Shown here in pieces: positions 7,329-15,740 of a stretch of 45,525 nucleotides of DNA. This stretch comes from Bdellovibrionales bacterium (GTDB lineage Bacteria; Bdellovibrionota; Bdellovibrionia; Bdellovibrionales; UBA1609), in contig JAWLHR010000023.1 of assembly GCA_041690295.1 (NCBI GenBank), positions 1-45,525 of the forward strand, read 5' to 3'. Both the position numbers and the translations under genes were made by a program. Position 1 is the stretch's first letter. Every line of letters begins with the position of its first letter. Below the pieces are notes generated by a model. It did no database searches and was not told the origin of the DNA. It saw only the letters and a program-made list of their open reading frames with translations.

Positions 7329-8751
7329 CTTCCGACCTTTGTGACATTTCTTTGACTCGCCGGTAGAGCGTCTTGCGGTCCACACCCAGTTCTTTGGCGG
7401 TGCGGTCCTTGGCTCCATTATTTATCTTCAAGGCGAATTCAATGTACTTATTGATCAATTCATTGAGCGGAAGAATTTTGGTGTCGGGAACGACAAACTT
7501 GCCCTGGCTTTCATAAAAATTGTCGCTCGTCGTGGATCCCAACTGATCCGCCATTCGCATTTCTTCGTCGAATCTGAGGTCAGGAAGGTCAATCAACGTG
7601 CCTTTGCACAAGACCACCGCGCGCTCGATGACATTTTCCAATTCACGAACGTTACCCCGCCAGGGATTTTTCAACAGATACTCGGCCGCGCTCTTGGTGA
7701 AGCCCTTCACATTAACGCCGTTCAAAGCGGCGTGCTTCTTAAGGAAGAACTCCGAAAGCGGCATAATGTCTTCCTGACGCTCCCGTAACGGGGGAAGCAC
7801 GATGGGGATCACGTTCAGACGGAAGAACAAGTCCTCGCGGAATCGGCCTTCATTCACTTCCTGGCGCAGGTTCTTGTGAGTCGCTGAAATCACCCGAACG
7901 TCGATCGATCGCACCTGGTTTTCACCGATCCGCTTGATCTTACGTTCCTGTAAAACCCGCAAAAGTTTAGCCTGAAGAGGAAGACTTAAATCACCGATCT
8001 CATCCAAAAAGAGTGTTCCGCCGTTGGCTTCCTCGAACAAACCAATACGCTTTTCAATGGCTCCCGTAAAAGAACCCTTGGCGTAACCGAAAAGTTCGGC
8101 TTCGAGCAGGTTCTCGGGAATCGCGGAACAGTTGATCGCGACGAACGGTCCTTTCTTACGTGAACCGAATCCATGAATGGCCCGGGCGATGACTTCTTTT
8201 CCTGATCCACTTTCACCCATGATCAGAACGTGTGCCGCGCTATTGGCCACTCGCTTCGCCAGATCCAAAGCGCGCAAAAATTTCGTGCTTTTACCGATGA
8301 TTCCGTGGGCGGCCCCAAGATCATTCGTGCTTGAGACCACGGCCCGAAGAGTTTGATTCTCTTCTTTGATACGGCTGAAGTGTAAAGCGCGCTCGACAGA
8401 GACTTGCAGCTGCGGGAAGTGAAGCGGTTTCACCACAAAGTCGTACGCTCCCGCTTCAATCGCCTTTAACGCGACCTCAACTCCGCGCTGGGCGGTCATG
8501 ATGATAATGGGAATTCCAATTCCTTTTTCCTGAAGCGCGACCGTAAGATCCACTCCGCTCATCTTCGGCAGTCGAAGATCGGAGATGATCACATCACAGA
8601 AATTACTTTTTTCGGTTATCTGCTTGTAGGCTTCCTCGGCATCATCAAACGCGACGACCTCAAAGCCTTTGGGACGAAAAAAACCGATGACAATATCCTG
8701 GATATCCAGATCGTCATCGATGACCACCAGCCTCGGTTTACTCTCAATCAT
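7312..8751 (-). CDS. Sigma54-dependent response regulator, NtrC/AtoC family (REC-AAA+-HTH)
   Basis: REC (IISDLRLP), Walker A GESGSGKE, GSFTGA loop, LFLDEIG, WRGNVREL and Fis-type HTH. Confidence 0.95.
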   Translation of the reverse strand: MIESKPRLVVIDDDLDIQDIVIGFFRPKGFEVVAFDDAEEAYKQITEKSNFCDVIISDLRLPKMSGVDLTVALQEKGIGIPIIIMTAQRGVEVALKAIEAGAYDFVVKPLHFPQLQVSVERALHFSRIKEENQTLRAVVSSTNDLGAAHGIIGKSTKFLRALDLAKRVANSAAHVLIMGESGSGKEVIARAIHGFGSRKKGPFVAINCSAIPENLLEAELFGYAKGSFTGAIEKRIGLFEEANGGTLFLDEIGDLSLPLQAKLLRVLQERKIKRIGENQVRSIDVRVISATHKNLRQEVNEGRFREDLFFRLNVIPIVLPPLRERQEDIMPLSEFFLKKHAALNGVNVKGFTKSAAEYLLKNPWRGNVRELENVIERAVVLCKGTLIDLPDLRFDEEMRMADQLGSTTSDNFYESQGKFVVPDTKILPLNELINKYIEFALKINNGAKDRTAKELGVDRKTLYRRVKEMSQRSEATLPQ

Positions 8752-8794
8752 GGGCCCTGACTTAACATAGGTTCCTAATTTCCCCAAGCCAAAA

Positions 8795-8809
8795 GTGGAA
8801 CTTTTCCCC
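8795..8809. promoter_or_regulatory. Candidate UAS GTGGAACTTTTCCCC (half-site also at 8771-8785)
   Basis: One mismatch to GGGG-N7-CCCC. Centre is 69 bp upstream of the sigma54 GG at 8871. Lies just upstream of the activator gene on the other strand. Confidence 0.5.
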
Positions 8810-8869
8810 TGCATTTTTCGAAAAAGTCCTGAAATGGGAAATAGGGGCTTTTAGCCTCGTATCGACGTT

Positions 8870-8885
8870 AGGAACGGGAGTTGCT
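8870..8885 (+). promoter_or_regulatory. Sigma54 promoter AGGAACGGGAGTTGCT
   Basis: GG-N10-GC with TTGC, upstream of the DUF1328 gene. Confidence 0.75.
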
Positions 8886-8928
8886 CTATGGATCTGCAGT
8901 ACGCAGACAACTAGGAGGCCAAATTCTA

Positions 8929-9111
8929 ATGTTGAGAGCGGCGGTACTATTTTTCGTTTTAGGGCTCATATCGATTTTATTGGGTGCCGGCAATGTGGCC
9001 GGGATCTCCCTGGAAATAGGCCAAACGCTCTTAACGGTGTTTTTGATTCTGGCGGTGATCAGTCTGGTTGGCAGTTTGATTACGGGCAAGAAGCCATCAC
9101 CGCTACCATGA
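8929..9111 (+). CDS. DUF1328 (YtjA-like) small membrane protein
   Basis: MLRAAVLFFVLGLISILLG.G.VAG.S.EIG..L..VFLILAVIS pattern. AGGAGG SD. Confidence 0.9.
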   Translation: MLRAAVLFFVLGLISILLGAGNVAGISLEIGQTLLTVFLILAVISLVGSLITGKKPSPLP

Positions 9112-9156
9112 ATTGTAAATATTATTAGTTTTCTCCCCCACCAATCATCCCATCCC

Positions 9157-9193
9157 AAGAGCTCAGGTTAAATAACCTGAGCTCTTTCTTTTT
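9157..9193 (+). terminator. Intrinsic terminator, perfect 14-bp inverted repeat plus U tract
   Basis: AAGAGCTCAGGTTA-AA-TAACCTGAGCTCTT-TCTTTTT between convergent genes. Confidence 0.85.
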
Positions 9194-9204
9194 GTCCTCG
9201 CCGC

Positions 9205-10569
9205 TTACATCGAAGTCGTCGCGGTTTCGGGGATATGGGGGGTCAGGATGATATCGACCCTGCGGTTTTCCGCCCGGCCTTTTGCGGTTTTGTTATTGCT
9301 GATGGGTTTTTCGAAGCCATACCCGACGGCGGTGATCTTATCCGCCTGAACACCGTTCTTTTGCAGGTAATCCGCCACCACCTCGGCCCGCTTCTGCGAA
9401 AGCGGCTGATTTATGGAGACGCTTCCCGTTGAATCGGTGTGACCTTCAACCACGATCTGCTCAGGATGGATATCCTCAGCCACCCGTTTCAGTTTAGCGA
9501 GTAAAGCCACTGATTCCGCGGGAAGATCCGCTCGTCCGACAGGAAAGTGCATGGCCTTCAGCCGAATGAGGAGCCGGTCGCCTTCCCGGTAAACCTCGGC
9601 CTCATCACGGGCGAACTCCTGCCTTGCCCGATTCATGGCCTTTTCCAAAGCCTGCGAAGCCCTGGCTTTTCTTAGCTCCTGCTCCTGCATGGAGACGATC
9701 TCCGATCCGGCTTCCCTTTGAGCTTCCGTGGCCTTGAGCTGCTGACTAAGCCCCGCGATCGCGCGTTCTTGATTGACAAGGCGAATGGCCACGTCCTCGG
9801 CCACATGATCGCGTCCCGAGCGTGTTTTTTGAATCACGGCCAATAGGAACTCCGAAGCATTGTTGGCTCTCGTGACGGCCGGGAGAAAAGCTTTGGGATC
9901 ATGTCGGTGAGCGGTGATCATGTTTTCCGCGTTTCGCAACTCGATCTCGGCATGGCGCAAGCTTCGCGGCGAGAATTTGGCCGCGCGTTTCTTTTTGGCG
10001 GTTTCAATTCGCCAACGGGCGTTTTGCAGATGTTGGCTTTGTATCGCGGCCAGTTCGAGATCCAAGTAACGGGCTTGCAATCGCGCGAATTCATCCGATG
10101 TCACTCTTCCAGATGCGGCAAGGGACCTGAACTCATCATCAGCTTCGCGGAATGTGCGTCGGGGTTTTGGATAATTTCTCACTCCGGCATTCAATGCCGC
10201 CCGGCGGGCATCCAACACACCTTCAAAACGGGGCTCCAGCTCATCCGCCCGCCTTCGAGCCTCGATCAGATGTCCCATTCCGTCACCGAGGGTATTGAGA
10301 ACTTTTTCGCTTTTCACTCCACGGTTCATTTGCTTTTTGGCTTGTTCAAACCGCTTTTCAGCCATGCGAAAATGGTCGTTGGCAAGAACATCGAACTGCC
10401 GTTCATATCCTTCCTGAATTCCGGCCTTTAGTTGCTCAGCCACTTCGGAAGGCGGCGTGGATGCCGGATATTGCACTCTCTTACTGGACGTCGTCGCGCA
10501 GGACACCACGAGTACCGTCGCCGCCAGTAACGGAGTGAATTGTTTCATCTTCAAACCGTTCCTCATCAT
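9205..10569 (-). CDS. OmpA-family lipoprotein with long helical/coiled-coil N-terminal region
   Basis: Lipobox VVSC. C-terminal VEGHTDSTG...LSQKRA..V...GYG...P...N.T..GRAENRRV. Confidence 0.92.
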   Translation of the reverse strand: MMRNGLKMKQFTPLLAATVLVVSCATTSSKRVQYPASTPPSEVAEQLKAGIQEGYERQFDVLANDHFRMAEKRFEQAKKQMNRGVKSEKVLNTLGDGMGHLIEARRRADELEPRFEGVLDARRAALNAGVRNYPKPRRTFREADDEFRSLAASGRVTSDEFARLQARYLDLELAAIQSQHLQNARWRIETAKKKRAAKFSPRSLRHAEIELRNAENMITAHRHDPKAFLPAVTRANNASEFLLAVIQKTRSGRDHVAEDVAIRLVNQERAIAGLSQQLKATEAQREAGSEIVSMQEQELRKARASQALEKAMNRARQEFARDEAEVYREGDRLLIRLKAMHFPVGRADLPAESVALLAKLKRVAEDIHPEQIVVEGHTDSTGSVSINQPLSQKRAEVVADYLQKNGVQADKITAVGYGFEKPISNNKTAKGRAENRRVDIILTPHIPETATTSM

Positions 10570-10713
10570 AAAATCTCCTTTTGTTTCAGCATAAGGATAA
10601 AACGGGCCAATCCACCTTAAACCGCAACATCCGTACCACGAGCAGGTCCGCTCTAAGCGCTTCCATATTTAAACGGAGTCCATCCATGCCATGCACGGTG
10701 GAAGGGTGGGACA

Positions 10714-10729
10714 AGGAATAGAAGTTGCT
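10714..10729 (+). promoter_or_regulatory. Sigma54 promoter AGGAATAGAAGTTGCT
   Basis: GG-N10-GC with TTGC, followed by AAGGAG SD and ATG 10754. Confidence 0.7.
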
Positions 10730-10753
10730 GCGCTTCATTTGAAAGGAGTCGAA

Positions 10754-10915
10754 ATGCAGAAACCGCAGTCTGGTGATCAAGATCCCAAACGGCCGCCCGA
10801 GCACGATCCGGAACCGCCGCATAAGGCTCCACCAGAGCACATTCCAGAACCACCGCAGGAAGCCCCTCCGGAAACCCAACCGGAACCGCCACCCACCAAA
10901 CCCACGTTGGAATGA
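10754..10915 (+). CDS. 53-aa Pro/Glu-rich disordered small protein with three 12-aa repeats
   Basis: RPPEHDPEPPHK / APPEHIPEPPQE / APPETQPEPPPT. Has its own SD and sigma54 promoter. Confidence 0.7.
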   Translation: MQKPQSGDQDPKRPPEHDPEPPHKAPPEHIPEPPQEAPPETQPEPPPTKPTLE

Positions 10916-10919
10916 GATT

Positions 10920-11402
10920 TCAATGCATTTGTGTCAGCTGACTAAGAATCGCGATGTGTCTTTCTTGTCTGGGAATCAATTTGGTCTTGATCAGATTCAG
11001 GTCCGCCAAATTTAAATTTTCTTTGGCTAAAGCCTCATAAAGCGTTAATCCGCGCTCCTCACCTTGTTTCAGAGCGTTCAATGTGGTCGCTTCACCGAGC
11101 AGTTTCCCCGCGCCGATGATGGCTCTCACGACCGCGCCCCAAACCCCAGGGCCCTCGTCAGGAAAAGCGCCTTCGTGGGAAATCATGTTCTTCAAAGTGC
11201 GAACGCTATCCACATGATCATTGCGAATCGCGGACAACCGATTGATGGTGGTTTCGTCCGTGATCCTTTGGAGAGCCTGATCATAGGCCTCAACAGCCGC
11301 CAACTCTCCACGCAAAACTTTGTTCAAATGGTCCACGATACGCGAACCCGGCCTATAGGACATCACCGCCGAGGCGAACTCAGAAGGCATCTCGTAATTC
11401 AT
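10920..11402 (-). CDS. PA2169/DUF2383 family ferritin-like four-helix bundle protein
   Basis: LN..LRGELAAVEAY.QA...H...L and GEERG...Y...IPRQERH. Confidence 0.85.
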   Translation of the reverse strand: MNYEMPSEFASAVMSYRPGSRIVDHLNKVLRGELAAVEAYDQALQRITDETTINRLSAIRNDHVDSVRTLKNMISHEGAFPDEGPGVWGAVVRAIIGAGKLLGEATTLNALKQGEERGLTLYEALAKENLNLADLNLIKTKLIPRQERHIAILSQLTQMH

Positions 11403-11664
11403 TTGGTTCCCTCCGCTGAACCCGGCGTTTCCTTCGGATGTCCTGTGAAATGCCGGTCACCACCAACAAACTAAAGGCCGAGAAAACGAACAATACGAAC
11501 ATGACCTGACCCAGAAAGATCGCCGTATTCGTACGTAAAAACTGGGCAAGAAGCAACGAGAGTGAGGCAAGCCCCAGCAGCATCGCCGCGATCACCACAT
11601 TTCGTAACGTGTTGTATTTGGCATCCTTAAACATGTTTTTGCCGTTTGCTGCTCGGCCGATCAT
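11380..11664 (-). CDS. Small two-TM membrane protein
   Basis: Two hydrophobic segments. GGAGG SD. Downstream of a sigma54 promoter. Confidence 0.7.
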   Translation of the reverse strand: MIGRAANGKNMFKDAKYNTLRNVVIAAMLLGLASLSLLLAQFLRTNTAIFLGQVMFVLFVFSAFSLLVVTGISQDIRRKRRVQRREPNELRDAF

Positions 11665-11692
11665 AAAACGACCTCCTCCACTTACGACTCAA

Positions 11693-11708
11693 AGCATGAA
11701 GTCTGCCA
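11693..11708 (-). promoter_or_regulatory. Sigma54 promoter TGGCAGACTTCATGCT
   Basis: GG-N10-GC upstream of the membrane protein and ferritin-like genes. Confidence 0.7.
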
Positions 11709-11718
11709 AGGTACAGAT

Positions 11719-14478
11719 CTAATTAACGGTTCCCTCCTGGATTTCATGGGGAACATTTGGACCTGGTAGGATTTTACGTTGTTGCCCCAAGTACATCGCG
11801 ACCATTTCAATGAAAGCTTTTTCTGAAATGGGCTTCGTGATTTGACCGTCACAACCCGCTTGCAAGCAGCTTTCTTTTTCTTCTCGCATGGCATGCGCGG
11901 TTAGAGCCACGATCGTGGTCATACAGCCCTGCGCTCTGAGCTGTCGCGTGGCCTCTTTCCCGTCCACACCTGGGATTTGAATGTCCATTAAGATCAAATC
12001 GTACTTCCCGGTCGCTCCTTCTTTGATGGCATCAATCCCATTGCTGACCACCGTGACTTCCGCACCCGCGGTTCGCAAGAAGAATGAGAAGATCTCCTGG
12101 TTATCCTCGGAGTCTTCGACCAGCAAAACTCTGGCGCCATCCAAGTTTATGTCATGGCGCAAGTTCAACTCCACGGTTGGATGAGGCTTAAGGTCGAGTT
12201 TGTCGCTCCACTGACAGCCTCGCAGATCGCCCGTGGGTATCACGATCTCAAACACCGTGCCCACATCCTTGATCGAACGAATCAGGCGCAGGCTGCCGCC
12301 CAATTCGGTGGCGAGACGGCTTGATAACGCCAATCCCAATCCGGATCCGCCGAACTTACGCGTGGTCGTTTCATCCCCTTGGGAAAAGGGCTTGAAGAGA
12401 TGAAGCTGAGCCTCTTCGGAAATACCGACACCGGTGTCCTCAACGTAGAAGATCAAATCACCCGAGTTCTCGTTTTGACGTTGGCAGCTGACCGCCATAG
12501 TCACTGATCCATTATTAGTGAACTTGATCGCATTACCGATGATATTGAGCAAAATCTGTTTCAAGCGAACATCATCCACGAAAATATGGCTCGGAAGCTG
12601 GCCGGTGGGGATGATTTCAAACCTGAGGTCTTTTTCATTCGCGCGCATTTCCACAATGGAGTTGATTTCATCCAGCAAAGCCGAGAGACGCACGCGACGA
12701 TGATGAATCTGCAGTTTACCCGCTTCGATCTTCGAAAGATCCAGGACGTCATCAATCAGCCGGGTCAGATATTCGGAGTTCTTTCGGATGGAGTTCGCAA
12801 TGCTCAGCCGTCGGCTTTCGGGAATTTGTTTTCCGGCAAGCATTTCCGAAAATCCCATCAAAGCGTTCAAAGGCGTTCGGATCTCGTGGCTCATATTGGC
12901 CAGGAACGCCGACTTCGAGCGGCTCGATGTTTGGGCTGTTTCGATAAGAACGATCTTATCGATACCGAGTCCCAAGTGGGAAATCGTGTTATCCAACAGT
13001 TCTTTTTGCAACTTCGTGAACTTGGTTTTGTGATTGCCGGCCACGAACAAGAACTGATCCGTCCGCTGCCGGCTGGGAATCACCGCCACGATCCAGTCTT
13101 CAGCCTTATGGAAAGGTCCAAGCAAACGGTTCAGACTCGGACCCATGATTTGCTGTTCCTTGGTGAGCATCAACCGGTTACACATCACCTGTTTTAAAAA
13201 ATTGTGGGTGATCTGGTCGGGAATCAAAGAGATATTGCCGACACCCGCCCAGCTGTGCAGGCGCAGGGAAGAATGCGCCGATGAACTCGAGACGTAAAGA
13301 TATCCAAAATCAATGTCCGCTTCGCGAATTATGGAAAGAAAGTGCGCCAAGAGGCTTTCTTCGTTCAGCTCTTCCGCCACTGACCGCGAGAACCGGCTCA
13401 AGAGTTCCAGATTCTTGGCTTGGAGATTGATCAACTCCTGGTCCGCTTCCAGCGATTCCTTACGTTGAGTCTCCGCTGCCAGACGCCGTCGACCGAGTTG
13501 CAGTGACGCAAAAACACTCAGGGCGATAATGAAGGTCGAAACACCCGCCAGCGGCGGAAAATAGCGTTCCACCGTGGTCAGGTAATTACGAGTCGGTTCA
13601 AACTGAATGCGAAAATCGTGATCAAAAATGCGGAATCTTCTGGTCACTTTTCGATCCGCGAGTCTCACGTTTTGTGGCAGGTTGAAGCGCGTGTAGACAC
13701 GCTGCTCACTACCACTCGACCTTGGGGCGCTAAACAGAGTCCAGTCCGCTTTCTCCAATCTTAAAGAAGGCATTCCGAACGCTTCGTGAAAGAAGTCCTG
13801 AATCCGAAAAGTGACCTGAAGCCATTTCATGCCCGGTTTCAGTACCACGGGATCAACCACGTTCGGGGTGAGTGACAATATGATGTGATACACCCTCGAG
13901 TTCCAGCTCAACGGATTTTTAATGGGACCGATCATCACCGGTCGTCCCGTGGCGAAGGCTTTTTCAATCAGGGGGATGCGATCTTGATAAGATAAGGCGT
14001 TTATCCCAAGAAACTGGCGAGTCGATGAATCCATCGGCTCATGAACCATCAACGATGCGAAAATCGGAGCGTTGGAAGATGGCCACAAACGCGCATGAGG
14101 ATAAATCTTTTTGAGATCCCTTGTTACGCGGGCTTTATCTTCACGTTTGAAAATTTGAACGTAACCGATGCTGCGAAGGCCGCGATGACGCTGGCTGATT
14201 TCGGCGTGATCGAGCATATTTCGAAAAAATTCCGCCGAAGGTTCGCCGCCCGAATAGATCGCCGCGCGCGTGTGGTAAAGCAAATCGGAATAGGATTCAA
14301 GCCGGTTGGTTATGCTTCGTTCGATCCGGTCCAAGTCGTGCATTAGGCGAGAATCGATTTGCCGTTCAACTCCCGTGAGAACCGCGAAGTAAACACCTAG
14401 TGAAATCGCCACACAGAACAGCGCGCCTAAAACCGCTCTTCTATCCACATGACGAAAGATCACCCTAAACCACTTCAT
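11719..14478 (-). CDS. Hybrid sensor histidine kinase: TM-CHASE-TM-GAF-like-HisKA-HATPase-REC
   Basis: Periplasmic CHASE-like region (HRGLRSIGY, EP.....LG). H-box FLANMSHEIRTPLN, N-box NIIGNAIKFT, DTGVG and GSGLGL. REC with LILMDIQIP. Confidence 0.93.
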   Translation of the reverse strand: MKWFRVIFRHVDRRAVLGALFCVAISLGVYFAVLTGVERQIDSRLMHDLDRIERSITNRLESYSDLLYHTRAAIYSGGEPSAEFFRNMLDHAEISQRHRGLRSIGYVQIFKREDKARVTRDLKKIYPHARLWPSSNAPIFASLMVHEPMDSSTRQFLGINALSYQDRIPLIEKAFATGRPVMIGPIKNPLSWNSRVYHIILSLTPNVVDPVVLKPGMKWLQVTFRIQDFFHEAFGMPSLRLEKADWTLFSAPRSSGSEQRVYTRFNLPQNVRLADRKVTRRFRIFDHDFRIQFEPTRNYLTTVERYFPPLAGVSTFIIALSVFASLQLGRRRLAAETQRKESLEADQELINLQAKNLELLSRFSRSVAEELNEESLLAHFLSIIREADIDFGYLYVSSSSAHSSLRLHSWAGVGNISLIPDQITHNFLKQVMCNRLMLTKEQQIMGPSLNRLLGPFHKAEDWIVAVIPSRQRTDQFLFVAGNHKTKFTKLQKELLDNTISHLGLGIDKIVLIETAQTSSRSKSAFLANMSHEIRTPLNALMGFSEMLAGKQIPESRRLSIANSIRKNSEYLTRLIDDVLDLSKIEAGKLQIHHRRVRLSALLDEINSIVEMRANEKDLRFEIIPTGQLPSHIFVDDVRLKQILLNIIGNAIKFTNNGSVTMAVSCQRQNENSGDLIFYVEDTGVGISEEAQLHLFKPFSQGDETTTRKFGGSGLGLALSSRLATELGGSLRLIRSIKDVGTVFEIVIPTGDLRGCQWSDKLDLKPHPTVELNLRHDINLDGARVLLVEDSEDNQEIFSFFLRTAGAEVTVVSNGIDAIKEGATGKYDLILMDIQIPGVDGKEATRQLRAQGCMTTIVALTAHAMREEKESCLQAGCDGQITKPISEKAFIEMVAMYLGQQRKILPGPNVPHEIQEGTVN

Positions 14479-14622
14479 TCATTCGCCCCTGGACGATTTA
14501 CCCTAATGAATTTGATAATGGCGCCCCCCTCATAGATCAATGGCAAATTCCACAATGGAAAATGATTCCATGACGGATTGAAAGACTTTATGCCCGTCAT
14601 AAAATCACCAAATTCAGATCGT

Positions 14623-14943
14623 TTACTTAGCTTGGGTCTCTTCCTCGGGCGCCTCGGACTCATGGCGCAGCTTTCGCCAGCCGTCGAGACGGGATTTGAA
14701 AATATTATTGAGCCCCGCTTTTATGGCGTTGTACGAGCGGCTTTCCAAGCTCTCTTTAAAGCGCATGGAGGCCGAGTTCAGTGTGACATCCAAGCAGAGC
14801 TTCCCGCCAACCGACAATAAACAGAAGTTTAAAAAGGCGTCGGAAGGGCAGCGTTCAACTAAACTTTCAAAGAATACAATCAAATCCGAGATCATCGCGC
14901 TCGGTAACGAGCTGTCGATATAATAATGTAAATCCATAAACAA
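14623..14943 (-). CDS. Hypothetical protein, possibly a remote HPF/RaiA-like fold
   Basis: GGAGG SD with TTG start. Helix-PSDA-strands-helix ending in RL..W.K.R. First gene after a sigma54 promoter. Confidence 0.65.
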   Translation of the reverse strand: MFMDLHYYIDSSLPSAMISDLIVFFESLVERCPSDAFLNFCLLSVGGKLCLDVTLNSASMRFKESLESRSYNAIKAGLNNIFKSRLDGWRKLRHESEAPEEETQAK

Positions 14944-14980
14944 ACCCTCCTTAACACCATCAGCTTAACCAATCAGATTG

Positions 14981-14996
14981 AGCAATCCGGGGGCCA
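14981..14996 (-). promoter_or_regulatory. Sigma54 promoter TGGCCCCCGGATTGCT
   Basis: GG-N10-GC with TTGC, pointing toward 14943 and the hybrid kinase. Confidence 0.75.
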
Positions 14997-15057
14997 TTGG
15001 TGAAAAGTCCGAGCTGTTATTAAATGAGTCCTTTTGGGTGCAACGTGGAACCACCAT

Positions 15058-15072
15058 GGGGAATTTTGCCCC
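15058..15072. promoter_or_regulatory. Palindromic candidate UAS GGGGAATTTTGCCCC shared by divergent sigma54 promoters
   Basis: Centre is 49 bp from the GG at 15114 and 70 bp from the GG at 14995. Matches 3859-3873. Confidence 0.6.
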
Positions 15073-15112
15073 GCTTCTTTAATCCAAGATTGCCGCAAAC
15101 GGGTCTTTTCTA

Positions 15113-15128
15113 TGGCATGTCCGCTGCA
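15113..15128 (+). promoter_or_regulatory. Sigma54 promoter TGGCATGTCCGCTGCA
   Basis: TGGCA-like -24 and TGCA -12 with exact spacing. Confidence 0.75.
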
Positions 15129-15170
15129 GAATCGGCAGGCATCCAAGTATCAGAAAGTGAGGAGGAACTC

Positions 15171-15698
15171 ATGAGTTTGACTTCAACGACAATGCCTCAG
15201 GTTCCGATCCTGCCGAAAAGTATCATGGCGCAGGACTCGGCGAATTGGCCTGGACACACGATTTTGGTCATCGATGACGACCCCGAGTTCGCAATGGCGC
15301 TCAAAGAACAATTGGAGCGCACGGGAAATTACCGGGTGGATATTGCCTTGGATCCGTTTGAAGGCGCCAACCTCCTCGCCGACCGACGGTTTGACATGGT
15401 GGTGACCGACTGCATGTTGCAAGATTGGGACGGGGTGACCACCCTGGAAAACGCCGATCATCTGATCGATGTGGATCCCACGGTCGTGGACCAATGGAGC
15501 GATCTGACTCCAGTTAACGTTCTCTTCTGCTCAAGCGCACCCATCCGCTTGGTGGATCTGAAACGGGCCGGTAAGCTCAAGCATTTTCGGGTACTTGGTT
15601 TTCTGCCGAAAGTGACCGGGCTGAACTCCATTTGCCGGTCCGTAAGGCAATTGACCGCCAATCACCAGCACACGGCGACCCAAGCATTGACCAACTGA
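15171..15698 (+). CDS. Single-domain response regulator (REC, with insertion)
   Basis: ILVIDDD, VVTDCML and FLPK. GAGGAGG SD before ATG 15171. Confidence 0.85.
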   Translation: MSLTSTTMPQVPILPKSIMAQDSANWPGHTILVIDDDPEFAMALKEQLERTGNYRVDIALDPFEGANLLADRRFDMVVTDCMLQDWDGVTTLENADHLIDVDPTVVDQWSDLTPVNVLFCSSAPIRLVDLKRAGKLKHFRVLGFLPKVTGLNSICRSVRQLTANHQHTATQALTN

Positions 15699-15740
15699 CG
15701 GAATTCCATTTCACTTTCCTCTTAAAACGGGGGAAGAGTA

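Noticed and set aside
10594..10609. Sigma54-like site TGGCCCGTTTTATCCT upstream of the OmpA lipoprotein
   Set aside because: Good -24 and position, but the -12 reads CC rather than GC. Not counted, though it may be a variant promoter.
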